From assembly GCF_902652985.1 (NCBI RefSeq), contig NC_047015.1, positions 39,618,001 to 39,682,000 of the forward strand: DNA of 64,000 nucleotides. The letters are read 5' to 3'. Positions 27,301-41,358 of this stretch are shown one piece after another. This DNA is from Pecten maximus. Taxonomy: Eukaryota. The number at the start of each line of letters is the position of its first letter. Positions within the stretch are counted from its first letter, which is position 1. The translations under genes and the position numbers were made by a program. The notes under the pieces are model-generated. The model did no database searches and had not been told where the DNA came from. It saw only the letters and a list, made by a program, of their open reading frames with translations.

Positions 27301-29714
27301 TCTGACGGTTGTTATGTTATGGTTCACAGACCAAAAATACATCACAGTATTAGTGCATTATCAAAGATGTCAGACTCGCATACATCTTATACTGCCATCG
27401 TAAGCATCATTTAATCTATGTTTTATATCACACGTAACATAGCCCCCTTGCACCTTTTCAACGAGTCTGTGTATATCTCACTTTTACTTGTTAATTTTAT
27501 GACTGTTCACCATTTTGATTAAAAGTAACATTTTGGTTAACATCTTGTTGCCCATTTCGCAATTTCATGGTGCTATTATCGTTAAGGAAATATGGTTTTC
27601 GCTCAAAATTTGTGAAAATTAAATGTAAATGTTAAAAGGAGCAGGAATGGTGCACTTAACTAAATATAATGGTATATGACATTCATACATTCATCATTTA
27701 TAGTTGTATTTTTGCATTACACTGTCAATTACGGTTCAGCTTTGTCTAATCAGTGAATTGCTTTATATATTAATTATCATAGTGTTCATTTGACGTTTAT
27801 GTTTATCTTATCAATACTCCATGTTAAGCTTTGAATGTTTTTTTTTCAGATAGCGTTGTCAAAGTCTAGTTTGATTTGACCAGTCTTCAGTTATTCAGTT
27901 CTATGATTGAAGGCACTAACAGTAGCGTCCGTTACGGTTTCTATTTTGATAAAGTAACAAAGTTGGAGATTACAGCTGTGGATTTTGTACATATGTGTAA
28001 TCTATATCTGAATGAGTAATATAGACGCGCCATGCTGTTTACAAATATCATCGTCACTTAATTACCTCAAGCTGATATTTGGCTAGGGGCGAGAACACAT
28101 ATACTATGGCGAGATTACAAAACAAAAGCAAACATAAAAACAAAATGAAACAGTGATAGGAAAACCCACTGTTACAGATACATGTAGGATAGTTCAGTGC
28201 ACAGCTCCCAACTTATCCAACATGCTGAGACACCAGACAAGATAGCCTCCCCACAAATCACATCTACTGATATTCTGTAGTTTGTGTTACTTATTACAGT
28301 GGGTTGTTTCCCCCAGGGTTGGATTGTTACATCACCAGTGATAATAACACAGTAAGATGAGAGGCGTGGTTTTGTTAACACGGACGTGTTATATGTAATA
28401 CCTTAAATTTTACAAAATGGCAAGACTTGTGAGTTTTTACCATTTTGTAAAAACTGATTTTGGTGTGTAAACAAAATAAGTAAAACTATTTCTGATAACA
28501 AAAAAAAATGAAAACTGACTTGTTTACTTATATATGATATACTTTTATATATATACTAAAGTAGGAGCACGTTTATCTGTTTGATATTTTTTCACTTTTT
28601 ATGCATGGATACCCAAAGGGTACAAAAAGAACCAAATTTGTTACTTTTGATTTTTCCGCGAAACAAAATCTTTTAAAACAAACTTGACAGCTCAAAAGAG
28701 TTTGGAGTGTCACAATTATAACGATTTCAAGGAAACGTGTTAACTGATCTATTGTCACACTGAACTGTTTATTAATTAACAATACGACATTTTTCATGAT
28801 GAGGACTGGACTCCCTTAACGGTTTTGACAGGGTTACTATGTCATGGTAGTCATTGGTTTACAAACGGGGGTTGTACATTCAGCTTAACTGGCCCAATGG
28901 TCAACTGTTACTTCAAAATGCTACATGCCAAAAATAGCTGCGATAATTTTAATCAAATACACTCGAAGTGGAAGTAAAATAAGCATATATGCATTGTACA
29001 GGCAATGTGATTTTTAAGGAAACAGCATGTATTCACGTCAGTAGCTTCAGAAATGACAGTCTCTTATAATGATAATGCAAGTTAATATTACCGTACCTGC
29101 TGTATGACTAAGACAGTGATAACCTGTTGGATGAACTTGAGATAACAATGAACAAAAAACAGGGACAGTGTCTGGTTGTAAATAATTTATTTGATGAACA
29201 CTATCTGGATTTACAAAATTGCACTCACACTGACTCCCGTCTCTTTCATATAACAATTCTCACGCAGCTGAAGGCATTTTTACAAGTATATAATCTTAAG
29301 ATCTGCAACAAGCACTCAGGAGTATGGGTTCAATACCATGGTTTGATTTTATATCGGTAATCAAAACAGTTCAGGTAAATAATTCTGATATTGGAAATGT
29401 GATTTGTTGGCATCCAAAATGCCCTATCATGTTTTCATTTACTTTAATTTCTTAAACATATCAACATACAGGCAAATCAATGTCCACCGAATGAAAATGT
29501 CTATCATTTAATATGTAGATAAAGGTCTTTCATCATATAAAGCTACAGAAGCTATCAAATCAATTCTATCTACCAAGTAAATATAAACGGATTTCTATTA
29601 CACTGATTTCCCTGACGATCACATATATTCTTTCTTACGATGGAGTTCAGTCAGATAAGCGAAATTCAGGAGGACGTGATTTTTATCATACAAGGTACAT
29701 TCATAACTTTACAT

Positions 29715-32700
29715 TTAAAGGCAACGGATTAAGTGATAAAGAAATAACATAATAAGTAGAGTCCATTTGACTGACATCAGGGACGCCGCTCTGTCCGTAA
29801 CCGGAGTACTAGCGATCAGTGGAAGGTCTTTCTCCCAGAACTTGACACGATCCCGGAACATTGACTTCTGTTGGGAGATGGAGGACACAGCGAGATCGAT
29901 ATAACTACGGTTTACTTCATCATACTCCGGCCATCGGGTACCATCATCCGCCCCATGGTTAGGATCACTACAACACACAATGATAGAATCACCGTGACTG
30001 TTACTGTAATATATATAGGAACACAAAATGATATGATTATTACAGCTACAACACAAAATAATAGGATTACTGCAAATAAAACACAAAATAATAGGATCAT
30101 TGCAACCCAAAATAATAGGATCATTTTAACTACGTCACACAAAAATAGGATCATTGAACCCAAAACCCCCCAAAATAGGACCACTGCAACTACAACACAA
30201 AATAATAGGATCATTGAAAATACAACAAAAAATGATATGATCACTGCAACTGCTCTTGAAATATGATTATAGGACAACAAAAGGATAGGACTATTTCAAC
30301 CAGAACACAAGATAAAAGGATCACTACAAATGTTCCTGTCAGATGATTTGCAACCCAAACTAATTTAATCACTACAACCACGTCATAATACTATAGGATC
30401 ACTGCAATTACATCACAGAATATTAGGATTATTACAATACATGATGATAGGACTATATGAACAGGAATGAATAAGGATAATAGAATCACGAAATAAAATG
30501 AACACATACAATTTAATACACTCTAATGGACAACTGCAACATGAAAAAAGAGGAGAAACAAAACAATGCGAGAACAAAAACCTAAAATAGGACAGGAAAA
30601 TAGGATTCAGTATAATGGGATTGATAACAAGAGGCAAATGGCTTCGTAGCACGATGGTCCAGTTCATTAATGTTCAATGAATCGTATAGAGTGGTTTCTT
30701 GATTGACCAATTGTCGACAAAAATGTTTATATTAAATGTTGAGAGATTCAAGTAAGTGATCACTGAAATTACTGAGGTCATTATAACGTTTATAACAACA
30801 TACCGAATGAGCCGTAGCCCTAGCTTCAAAATAATCACATACATGGGTATGCCATTCTTAAATGACAAGGGGTCTTTTTGGAAAAAAAAATTCCTTATGA
30901 CAATTTCTTAGACAAACATTGACCTGATTTTGCAAATTTCAAGTTCAGCATTCCATATATCAATTTTGATATTCCAATGAATATTTTTTAATTGGTCTCA
31001 GTGATCATGACCTGATTTTGCAATTTATAGAAAAGTAGGTCACTGCGACCTAATTCTAAACAACAGGATCTACTGTATATCAATATGATTATAAATGTTC
31101 ATTGTTCTGTGGTTGTTTTTCAAATGTAGCTCACAGTGACCTTATTTTGCAAAATTCAAGTTCAGCATCTATTACTCAACCCAGATGTAAATTTCCACTG
31201 TTCTATTGCAATGTCACGAAAAGTAGGTCACTGTAACCTAATTATTTCTAATAAAATCAGATTAAGAATTTATAGGTCACCCAAGATGTTAATTTTCATT
31301 GTTCAGTGGCATTTTTTTTCGAAAAGTAGGTCACAGTTACTCTATTTTCAAAATTCAAGTTCAGCATCTATGATCTATATCATTCCATATACAATTGTAG
31401 GACCTGTTGATACCAAATTGATATATATGTTTTGTATTTTAAAGTTTTCAAAATATGCTCACATTAACTGAATGGGCTACAGAAAAAACTTATCAGGAAC
31501 AAAGCTCTGGAATGTAAGCCCTGCAAAGGGATCTCCATAGAAGAGTACATCAATTCAAACTATCCCCACTTAAAATAACTCGTTTTGTCACCTCCCACAA
31601 CAGAAACATGTGCAGAAACCAGGGCATCTGCCCAGTCTTAGTAGTCGACTGAGATGCTGTCAATGTAATATAAATCATATGTCATAGGTAAATATAATAT
31701 AAAATCACTTAGCATGTCATACATAAGTTTGGAATATTAGTAACAGCATTTTAATATATCATTCATTTTATATATAATAGTTTGAAACGACGGAGAAATC
31801 AGCTACATTATTCCCAGAATGCATTGTGTTTGACAATCAGTTTTTTACAAAACGGAATGAAATTTATTTTAAATCTTTAGACAGTTCATGTCTGTTTGTC
31901 TCAAGATTTTTTTATCAGTTCCGTCCTTATCTTTAACTTTGCGATGGAGCTGCAATGCTCCATCGTGCTAAAACTTAATTGGATCTTGGAAAACAAAATA
32001 ATAAAATCACTATACAGCACAAAAAAATGTCATTGGACTTCTTTGCTGGGTCAACGCCCCATAAAGAACCTTGGTCATTTTGATGCGGGTATCCTTGTAG
32101 AAGATGGTGACTACCTAACTGAACAACATATAAGTGGTATAAAAGGTAAATAAATCATTAACACATAAGGTATTAAAAGATGACTTATACGCATGAAATT
32201 CTAAGAATAAAATACAATGCCCCATAAAAATACAATATATGATATGTTTACCCGTATTTGGCGAAGTTAGCCCAGTACGTTATAATCTGCTTTACGAAGT
32301 CCAAGGTGGAGGAGGATATATTGATGTTCATTGATTTCATTTGTTCGATACCAAATAGAAAAATCAACTCTGTACCATGCTCAGATCCTCGGAACCAAGA
32401 TGGATGTGGTTTCCCAGATAATGACACAAGATTTGGTTCACTAAATAGGTACTGGAAGGTGCTGCTATCTTTATTATTTGAAGCGTGGATATCCAATGTT
32501 TTAATCATTGGCATATAGAAAAAGATATCGCCATACAAATCCATGATTTTTCTTGCCTGGACTTGAATATCACTTGAACCGAACTTGTCAACAATTGCCT
32601 TCCAAACATTACTTTGGTTTTTGTAAAGTTGTTCCGCGACAACCCGCGCAAAATATGACCGAAGTAAAGACGAAGGAACTCCTTCGCTCGTATTGAATCC

Positions 32701-33789
32701 GTAACTTTCTTCCATATATGGATATATATAGGCGTGGAGTAGAGATCCTTCGGCACTTACACATCCTGCAATTACGTCAAGTGATTGAAAGAACGCGTAC
32801 ACATCAGAAGACGTATTTTTCATAGACACCATGGGGGCACGTTTGATGAGTTCACCATCAACGACTGGGGCGCATGACGGACGGAACAGACTATCAGGAG
32901 CTAATAGTCCCATACGAATGGCATTTGTCTGTGTTGGAATGATAAGGTCGGTTGGAATATTTCGGACACAATCAAAAATAGCCTGTGAAGTTTGTACATT
33001 TTTACACTTAGATAGATAGCTAAATGTAATAGCAAAATCTTTCGGTTTTTCGTTAATAGCATACGCGGAACTGTAAGTACCACTCTGCATGATGACTCTA
33101 TGGAACAATCCTTTGTTCTGTGGTATAAGAGCTAGAAGTGAAACACTAAATCCCCCAGCTGATTCTCCAAAGATTGTAACGGAATCAGGATTTCCACCAA
33201 ATGATCTGATATTATTTTTCACCCACTTGAGGGCTTCGATTTGATCCCAAAGACCATAGTTTCCTCTTGCTACTGAGTCTCCAGTGCTAAAGAATCCCAG
33301 AACACCCAATCTGTAATTCGCGGTTACCACAATGACGTCACCATTGAGAGCTAGGCCTGAACCGTCGTATAACTGAGCTTGGCCAGTAACAAACGCACCG
33401 CCATGAAAAAACACCATAACGCTCTTGTTGGTCGTGGAAGACAATCCGCCGGACGTGTAAACATTTAGGTGTAGACAATCCTCCGAAACCTCTTTGTTCT
33501 CCAGCACATTTTTGATTGTTGCGGGAATCGCTTGTAGACAAGACGGTCCATGCTCGGTGCTGTCGTGGATGCTGCTCCATCTTTCAACAGCTACGGGCTT
33601 TTGAAACCGTAACTCACCCACAGGTGGCTTTGCATATGGGATTTTCAGGAACTTATAGACTGTATTTCCTGTACCAACCGGTACCTGACGTCCAGCCACT
33701 TTTCCTAAAGGTGTGTCAAGTGTATGATACTGGACTGGTGCCACCAGAGGCAATACAGGTAGGAGGCAAAGAAGGACCGTGTAGACCAT
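29715..33789 (-). CDS. Type-B carboxylesterase CE3 (~596 aa from Met at 33789; an upstream in-frame ATG lies at 33879), signal peptide and GPI-like tail. Exons 33789-32252, 29967-29715
   Basis: Signal MVYTVLLCLLPVLPLVAP; motifs SEDCLHLNVY, HGGAF, FGESAG, GCVSAEG, EHGTELIFLFG. Donor GG|GTAAAC at 32251; acceptor tgttgtag at 29968 giving GDPNHGADDGTRWPEY...RVKFW...DRAASLMSVKWTLLIMLFLYHLIRCL*. Confidence 0.92.
29960..30430. repeat. Degenerate ~30-bp minisatellite overlapping the CE3 terminal-exon splice acceptor
   Basis: Plus-strand unit aggatcactgcaactacaacacaaaataat; the first unit is the real intron/exon junction. Confidence 0.75.
30915..31400. repeat. Decayed satellite/HINE-type repeat (tgacctgattttgcaaa..caagttcagca; aaagtaggtcac)
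   Basis: Motifs recur at about 30920, 31008, 31137 and 31345, and at 31031, 31220 and 31324. Confidence 0.5.
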
Positions 33790-33997
33790 TGTGCGTTTTA
33801 TGTCCTTGTGATGAATTGCTTTATTTCCGAATACAAAGATGTAGTTTGATTGATGGTTTGTCACGGACACTTTTTTCATCTATTACTCGCTCATCTTTGG
33901 AGATCTGAAACAAATACACAATGGTAGTTTAAGTTCATTAGTCATTAAGCCTATACTACCGATATTTAGATTTGGTTATTTCTGTAATGTTTACTTA

Positions 33998-34156
33998 TGT
34001 AACCCTGGTAAATACTAGCCGCAATATACCGCTCGGCTAGAGAGATCTTCTCTTTAGCTCGATCGGTTGAGCGTAAGACTAGTATGCCAGAGGTCCCGGG
34101 TTCGATCCCTGGTGGAGGCAGTGATTTAAATTTAATTAATCATGCGCTCTGTTACA
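33998..34156 (+). mobile_element. Solo LTR carrying a tRNA-like (Thr-AGT-like) Pol III cassette; Helenus-type TRIM-like
   Basis: TGTAAC...GTTACA termini, 4-bp direct repeat CTTA at 33994-33997 and 34157-34160, A-box TAGCTCGATCGG (34055), B-box GGTTCGATCC (34099), AGT at the anticodon position (34081-34083). Confidence 0.8.
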
Positions 34157-34629
34157 CTTACACAACTTATACAATGTTTTTAATTTTTACAGAGCATGTC
34201 TATTTGCAGTACGTGCTTACTGTGTCCTAAAGACGAAGGCCGATAACGGCCTTGTCTCTTATAAATGCTATCATACTTAAAAGTGTTTTGCTTTTCCATT
34301 TATCAAATGAAATGAAAAATAGATAACACAAAATAACTTATAATAACACAAGGGTAAGGCGAAGCAACTTATGAAAGAAACATTTCACACACTTACACAT
34401 AAGTACATTAATTTCAGTATATATAAACTCATATTTATTTGTAGACTAAGACCATAAGTTCATGGTCATGCATTCACATCTCTCCCTACTTCAGCTAAGT
34501 AAACTGACTGCGAATAAATTGGCGTAAACGCAAAAGGGAGAGATGTTAATATATCAATGTGATGGTTTTTACCACTTTATTATTGGGAGAGATAAATAGA
34601 TGTCCTTTGCCGAATTTTCTGACGATTTT

Positions 34630-35095
34630 GACTATACTGTTAAAGGGTACTGCGTTATATTTTTGTGGTACATATTTGTCTATTATTACTGTTAAAAGGG
34701 TACTGCGTTAAATTTTTGTGGTACACGTTATACTATACTGTTAAAAGGGTACTACGTTATATTTTTGTGATACATATTTGTCTATTATTTTACTGTTAGA
34801 GTGTACCACGTCATGTTTGTGATACATATTTGACTATTTTTTACTATTTAGAGGGTATTCGTTATATTTCTGTGGTACACATTTTATCATTTTTACTGTT
34901 AAAACTGCACTGCGTTATATTTTTGTGGTACACATTTTACTATACTGTTAACAGAGTACCGCGTTTTATTTTGTGGAACACAATTAACAATTTCTACTGT
35001 TTATAGGGTACCACGTTATGTTATTGTGGTACATATTTGACTGCTTTGGCATTTAAAAGGGTACCGCGTTTTATTTTTGAGGATCACGTTTAACT
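34630..35095. repeat. Degenerate ~50-55-bp tandem repeat (tactgttaaagggtactgcgttatatttttgtggtaca)
   Basis: About 9 imperfect units. Confidence 0.8.
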
Positions 35096-36007
35096 ATGTC
35101 AAAGTGCACCGGCCGGTATGGGATATGGTACACTATATTCTTTTGTACTAATAGTTAAGTCAAAACTACAATGACCAGTCAGAGCCAGACAAAATGATAT
35201 GAATGTTTATATCTTTCTGTATGGTACACAAAGATATGTGTATTGTTTTGTACCAAATTAACGGCCGAACACAGTCGTGATACAAACACATGTGAAACCA
35301 GCATTAGAGGTTACAAAGTATGACAAAGTACATCCGGATAAGACTGTCGTCACATGCTATGACATCTTATAACATGTTATGTTAATTTCACCAAAAATAT
35401 GCACGATTTGATAAATACGTTTTGGAAATATGATGATCTAGTTAAACGACTCTTTTACTATCTAAAAATCTATCAAAACAAGGGAAATGACGAAATATAC
35501 AGATGCCCTATTTTTGATCAAATCTGGATTCCAATACTTACCAAATTGACTAATTCTATTTTTCGGTTGATAAACTTCATGTTTTGTGTTAAAGTAATAG
35601 GTAGGGCTTTACTGTCCGGGGTCAGTTATGATCATGCCGACCGAAAGTAAACATTCGGATTATTTAGTGGCTTACTTTTTTCATATATATTATACTGTTG
35701 GAAAAACAAAAAGAAATGAAAAGGGTAACGCGATAAGTAATAATTTGATTTTTTTTTTTTTAAATCTTAGTACCATAATACATTTTTATGGTAGGCAAAT
35801 AGTTCAATTTTCATACATTTGTGCACCATATAAAAGTGTAGCAAAGTGCAAAATGATATGAAATGTCGGCCATCGCATAATTGTTTCCCACGTTACACTT
35901 TTGTGTGGTACATATTGTACTGTACGTTTGAAAACATAAAGTGTGCTGTTCTATGCAGTTAAGTGAAATGTGTATTATGAAAAACTGTAACACTTTACAC
36001 TTTCATC

Positions 36008-36083
36008 ATCTTTGCTAGCCAAGGCCTTTTGATTGCGTTAAACTTCACGTGTAACGCAATCAGAAGCCTTGGCTAGCGAAGAT
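36008..36083. mobile_element. Short palindromic MITE-like hairpin
   Basis: atctttgctagccaaggccttttgattgcgtta / taacgcaatcagaagccttggctagcgaagat imperfect inverted arms; no clear TSD. Confidence 0.6.
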
Positions 36084-39000
36084 TCAATTTTTACTGAAAA
36101 CGTAGCCGTTCTGGTAGACGCTATATTTCTATCACATGGACTTATATATATGGACCGTGGGTTGTACATTCGTGCCAAGTGCCTGTGATATGTATAACCC
36201 CCTGTACACCTGTTCTGGGTAGTGTTCTTATCTACTGAAACACCCCAGTCTTCGAGCATCAGACGTCATCACCAACCTAGTAAAATGGACAGCTTTAGGA
36301 TACGAAACCGCGAACGTTAGATAAAGGAGCCATTCTATTCCAGCGTCTTAACGTTTAAGTATCCCTCCTCTAACCCCTCCTGTCATTCTATCTTATCAAC
36401 CACATTTTATACAAGATCCGATCAGACCAAGTCCTCAATGGCACCGTCCATATTTTTGCACATCTTTCATACGATCCTATCCTCGTTCTATGCATCCCTA
36501 TCTCTACATATACCTAGTCTGGCTGAGTGCCGTATTACGAAGAGGCGTTAGGCTGGTGTTGAAACAATAGAGATTTTTTTAAGCTAGGATATTTACTGAA
36601 ATATCTACCAATATACCTCCTTCGATAGTTGGTTTACCAGGTCCCGGTTTCATCAACGTTCCGTAACTTAAGGAATGCATTAACTCCAAGTGTTCATAAG
36701 CAAACATTATAGGATTTTGGGCCAGGCTAGCATTAAAGCTGTCTACATAAATGATGTAGGCAATGCGTGTCTTTTGTAAAACCGAATACAAACAATTAAA
36801 AGACATCATATTGATGCTTCTGTCATTGTGTCTCTACTTTAATGGTGTAACACATAATAACTAGCATGACCTCCGCTAAAACAGCGTAACGATTAACTAC
36901 AGCCCTGGAACATGTGCATTGATATTCGTTATACTAACATATAAATTCATTGAGATATGAAATAATTCCACGCCTCTTAAATTGGCTAGTCCACACGAAT
37001 TCCAGCTAGACCGGATGTGTTAATGATTTTTCATCCATGTTTACGACAGCGTCTATATACTGCACGTTATGAAGTTTATGCAGCAATATTGATTCATAGT
37101 CTCCAACGGTTAGGCAATGTGGTGACTGCCAGAGCAGGCATGGTGAAATCAATGAACTAAACGAGATTAACAGCAGCCAGTGGACTACCAATCACGTGTA
37201 TATTGTGCTAAAGAAGCAGTAGATAGAGTAAAATTTGATAACAACATCATGTTTCACATGTGCCAGGGGCGTGGACTCGTACAGATAAGACGAGAAACGT
37301 CGTTTTATCATATCATTGACCATCGTTTGTTATGGGGAACAGTGATATTGTGATGCCATGTATATCCATTTACAAAACAACGACCATGGACGGTGTGTAA
37401 TATAGAATGGCTTTGTTGTAATTTATACAGTCACCTAGAATATTGCAATTATTAATTTTACAGAACAAAATTTGAGCATATGCGGTCGACACTATATGTG
37501 ATCTTGTATACATATACACAGTAAGCTGATGCAGCGAGCATCTGGAATTTTAAGTGTCCGTGTACTACCACTCAAAATGTCAACTTGCCGGTCTGATGAC
37601 AAATTGGGCAGACACCGAGAGGCTACACAAGTGGACACTCTTGGAATATAATAATTTGGTCTAGTCTTGCAAGTCGTGATGACCTAGTTCATAATTTCTT
37701 ACATATATTACGGTATACACATGAAGATGGACACTTGCAAAGAAAGCACGGGACTTTCCTGTTACAACAGTAAGACAATGCACAGTGTGTACCTGTACGT
37801 AGAGATATAAATAGAACACATAATACACATCGCATTCCACACATGGCCTCGTACATCACAAGTATCACATGTACCTAGGCATGATATACGTCATACAAAA
37901 TAATTATAAAAACACGTGTTAAAATATACTTCTTAACCAGTTTTAAAATTTTACTTACACACAATTTACAGAGGAACAATTGTTGATTACTTTACCTGTT
38001 TTTTGTTGAAACCCTTTGCATCAAGGCATTAGAACACTGTACTCCTCAGCCGTAAATAACCTCCACAAATTTCACCGGAGTAAACATAATCACACACATC
38101 CTCACTCTCCTTGCTAGCTGACAAACCCCTCCTTACAAAGAGTGATATGGTGCGTGCTGGGCGACTATCTAGTCAGTATCGGATTTACCAGAAGATGCGC
38201 GTGTATTAAAATATATACTAATGTCGTAGCGAGCCTGGAGGGCAATGTATACAACGTGATCCTGTTAATGTAACGAGCATCAGTGTAGGAGTGTCTGATG
38301 GGGATAGACGGATGTATAGTCGATGTTTGGATGTCGAGTGTCTGGTTAGCTTAAAATAAGTCTCGGCGTAATTAATAAGTCTGTGCTAAACAGATGGAAG
38401 TGCTGTGCAAAGAGATTACATCAATATACCGTAAGAAATAAACGACTTACTACATTTATGTATAAGTCCTTGACAGGTAACAGTTTTTGCTAGTCATGTG
38501 CAGCAATAGGCTGCAGACGGCCACACTGGTGTATAATGAAACGATAATATTGTATTGTATTGATGAGTCACTTCATGGTGGGAAAACGGTCCGCTTCCTA
38601 GCTCGTCCCGCGCCGACGCGAGAAGTCCAGTCGGTACTCACGTGCACGTGCAATCCAGCATACCTAATTTCAGAATCTTGTTGAAATATGTCTGCATATC
38701 TTATGTCATTTCAAACATGGAAAATATATATAAAGGAAAAAGAGTTCAGATGTACAAAATTCGTGCATCGATCTATGCCAAGACTGACCTTCAAAGATAT
38801 GTACTGATTGTCGTCTTGGGTAACATGGACAGCTCTCAGCGGGGGGAATTTTGGAGTTCATTTCCACTGTTAAACCAATTACCAAATGCTGATAAAAAGT
38901 TATGGGCGTCTGTTCATTGTATCAAGCCCCACTGGGCCTACTCAGCAATGTATAGAGCGATAATCAATGCATACCTGATACATTTATATCACTCAAATAT

Positions 39001-41358
39001 ACATACATGTGTATATAACTATTACGCATCTTAAATGAACAAACTGCTCAACCACTTCATTTACATATGGTGTTTTAAGCAGTTATACAATACATATCTT
39101 CAAAAGATAATCATTGCCACGCGGCTAGTGATAAGTGTAAGGTGATTTAGAATAATTTGCTTTAATATGAAGTCTAGAAATGTTTTGTTATTTTGGATTT
39201 GATTTAAATTATATATACATTGATTTTGAAATCAACATAAACAAATCTTCTCCGCTGATGTCGTTTAACTTTTATTTTGCCGTCATGTCATACATGTACT
39301 AGGTCGACCGATCTGTCATAGTGTATCTTTTCTCAAGTGACATGTGTCAGCCACTGGTAAACAGGTCTAGTCACCAAACATCCGGATCGGTTTACATAAA
39401 GCTTGTGTATTATATATATTGTAGCGAGTCCCTTGTTCACCAATCCTTAACCCAAGGGAATAGTTTTTGAGTACAAATTTCCGATTGAAAGCTTTACAAA
39501 ATTTAAGGAACATTTTTAATGCCTCAATCTACTAAACATTAGATGTTCATTTTCTACTCTGTAAACTCACAAAAAAATTACTGGTAGATATTGATCATAA
39601 ACCTTTGATAAGATTGATGATGCCTCCCTTTGGAAACTTTAAATTGATAAGCTTCCTAACGCTGAAGAGTAGTAAAATCGAGACATACAATATTTACCCC
39701 AAAAACAACAAGCATTGCTTATATTCACTTCTTCTACAGTACGATTATTTTGATTTGAAAGCTGTCTCAATGATAATTTACTTTTTTGCACAGATTGAAT
39801 ACACAATTTATGGTAAGAATGCTCAGGTTGCAGACTATGAGACCTTCTGTACTAGTTAAGCGGACCAGTTGGAACAATAATCCGAGTTACAACTGAATAT
39901 CAAGTTTCATGGTTAATAATGAATCACGAAAAATAATAACACAAAATAAGCTTAAAAATGCCCACGAATATCTTATGTTACCCGGTATGTGCTGTTGTGT
40001 TGATCAATCTGGATGTTCCAGAAAGAACAGATAGATGTGGTGTGTTCAATGCTAAACGGCTGCCATTGGACCAGCTGTAGTTTTTTACTACAGCATTTAC
40101 TATACTTGGGATATATTAAACTAAATATGTTCTGATCCATCCCCTACCAACTGCTCTTTCTATTAGTGATATAGTCCATATAACGTTAAATGTTGCCAGG
40201 ATGTTAACAAACTAGATATGATATGTGTATGCTATCACAACCAATATATCCCAAGAGTAGTAAAAAGTGCTGAAGTATCTGATCGCAGAGTATTCTCTTA
40301 TAGCTAACGAGGTCAGAAATTGATACGATCAAGGTCACTTTGGTAAAATCATATACGTGTACTTCAGCATCTTTTATAGGAAATATATCTCATCACGCTT
40401 CACATACCATCACATAGCACTTCAAAAATCATCACATTGCACTTAAAAATCATCACATTGCACTTCATGCAAAGTTACAAGGTTAGTTCCCGACGTCGAC
40501 TTGACCTTTTGTTTAAATATCATCGTCAAATGACTAAGCAGAAAAAAATCTATTAAAAATTCAAATTAGCAAGTTTTTCTAGCCATATCATGTGTTTCAA
40601 ATTGTTACAAACCGAGGCATTTCCGTTAAACAATGTTTAATTGAGCAGTTAGGTAGTATAGTATGGATGTTACGTTTTAGTTGCATGCCTGTTGATACTG
40701 TCTGCTATTCTTTCTGTCCTAAATACACAGCGCATTGAAGAAATAACAAATAAAAAATACATAAAACGAAACCAACGTAAAAGATTTAATCGATTGATTA
40801 ATTCTCAAAAAATATATATCAAATGATGACCTTCTCATCAAGCATATGAAAAAAATTCAAAAGATGTATTTTCTAATAATCAAATCTATGATAAACATAT
40901 ATGCACAAACATTTATCAACAAAACAGCAAATTTCGAGACATTTCCTACTTGGCCGAGTGTCGTTGGCAGCAAATCATAACAGTTCTTCAGTATTTTCAT
41001 ATTAATTGCTTATTATTAAGTATAAAATACTCTATATGAAATAAAAAATGAAAACAATATCAAAGTCTACATTTCTTGAATCTGATGTTCTCGAGACAAA
41101 ATTTACAGACGCATATATTTGAAAGTGAAAGCTGACAAAGCTCCTAATTTCCTGCTGGCAAACGGACTGATGTTTAGTTAAAAAACACGTAGCACTTCCT
41201 AACATATTTCTATTTAATAGACATACTAGCTTATGAAACTCATATGGCATAATCATATCATTGATATAAAAATAGCATTGAAAATATCGATAAGATAAAA
41301 AGACGGGTAACACATAATTTGCCTAGACAATTAAATACATATTTGTCATTTAGATCTA

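Noticed and set aside
31975-32120. Possible alternative CE3 terminal exon
   Set aside because: The nearest acceptors give immediate stops or a peptide lacking the conserved xPN..WPxY motif found at 29967.
14469-33789. Assignment as acetylcholinesterase or neuroligin
   Set aside because: They lack the cholinesterase WIYGGG loop and choline-site Trp context, and retain the catalytic Ser with no TM plus cytoplasmic tail, unlike neuroligins; no gene symbol given.
34048-34120. Functional tRNA-Thr(AGT) gene
   Set aside because: Acceptor and anticodon stems do not pair well; it lies within a TG..CA unit with a TSD.
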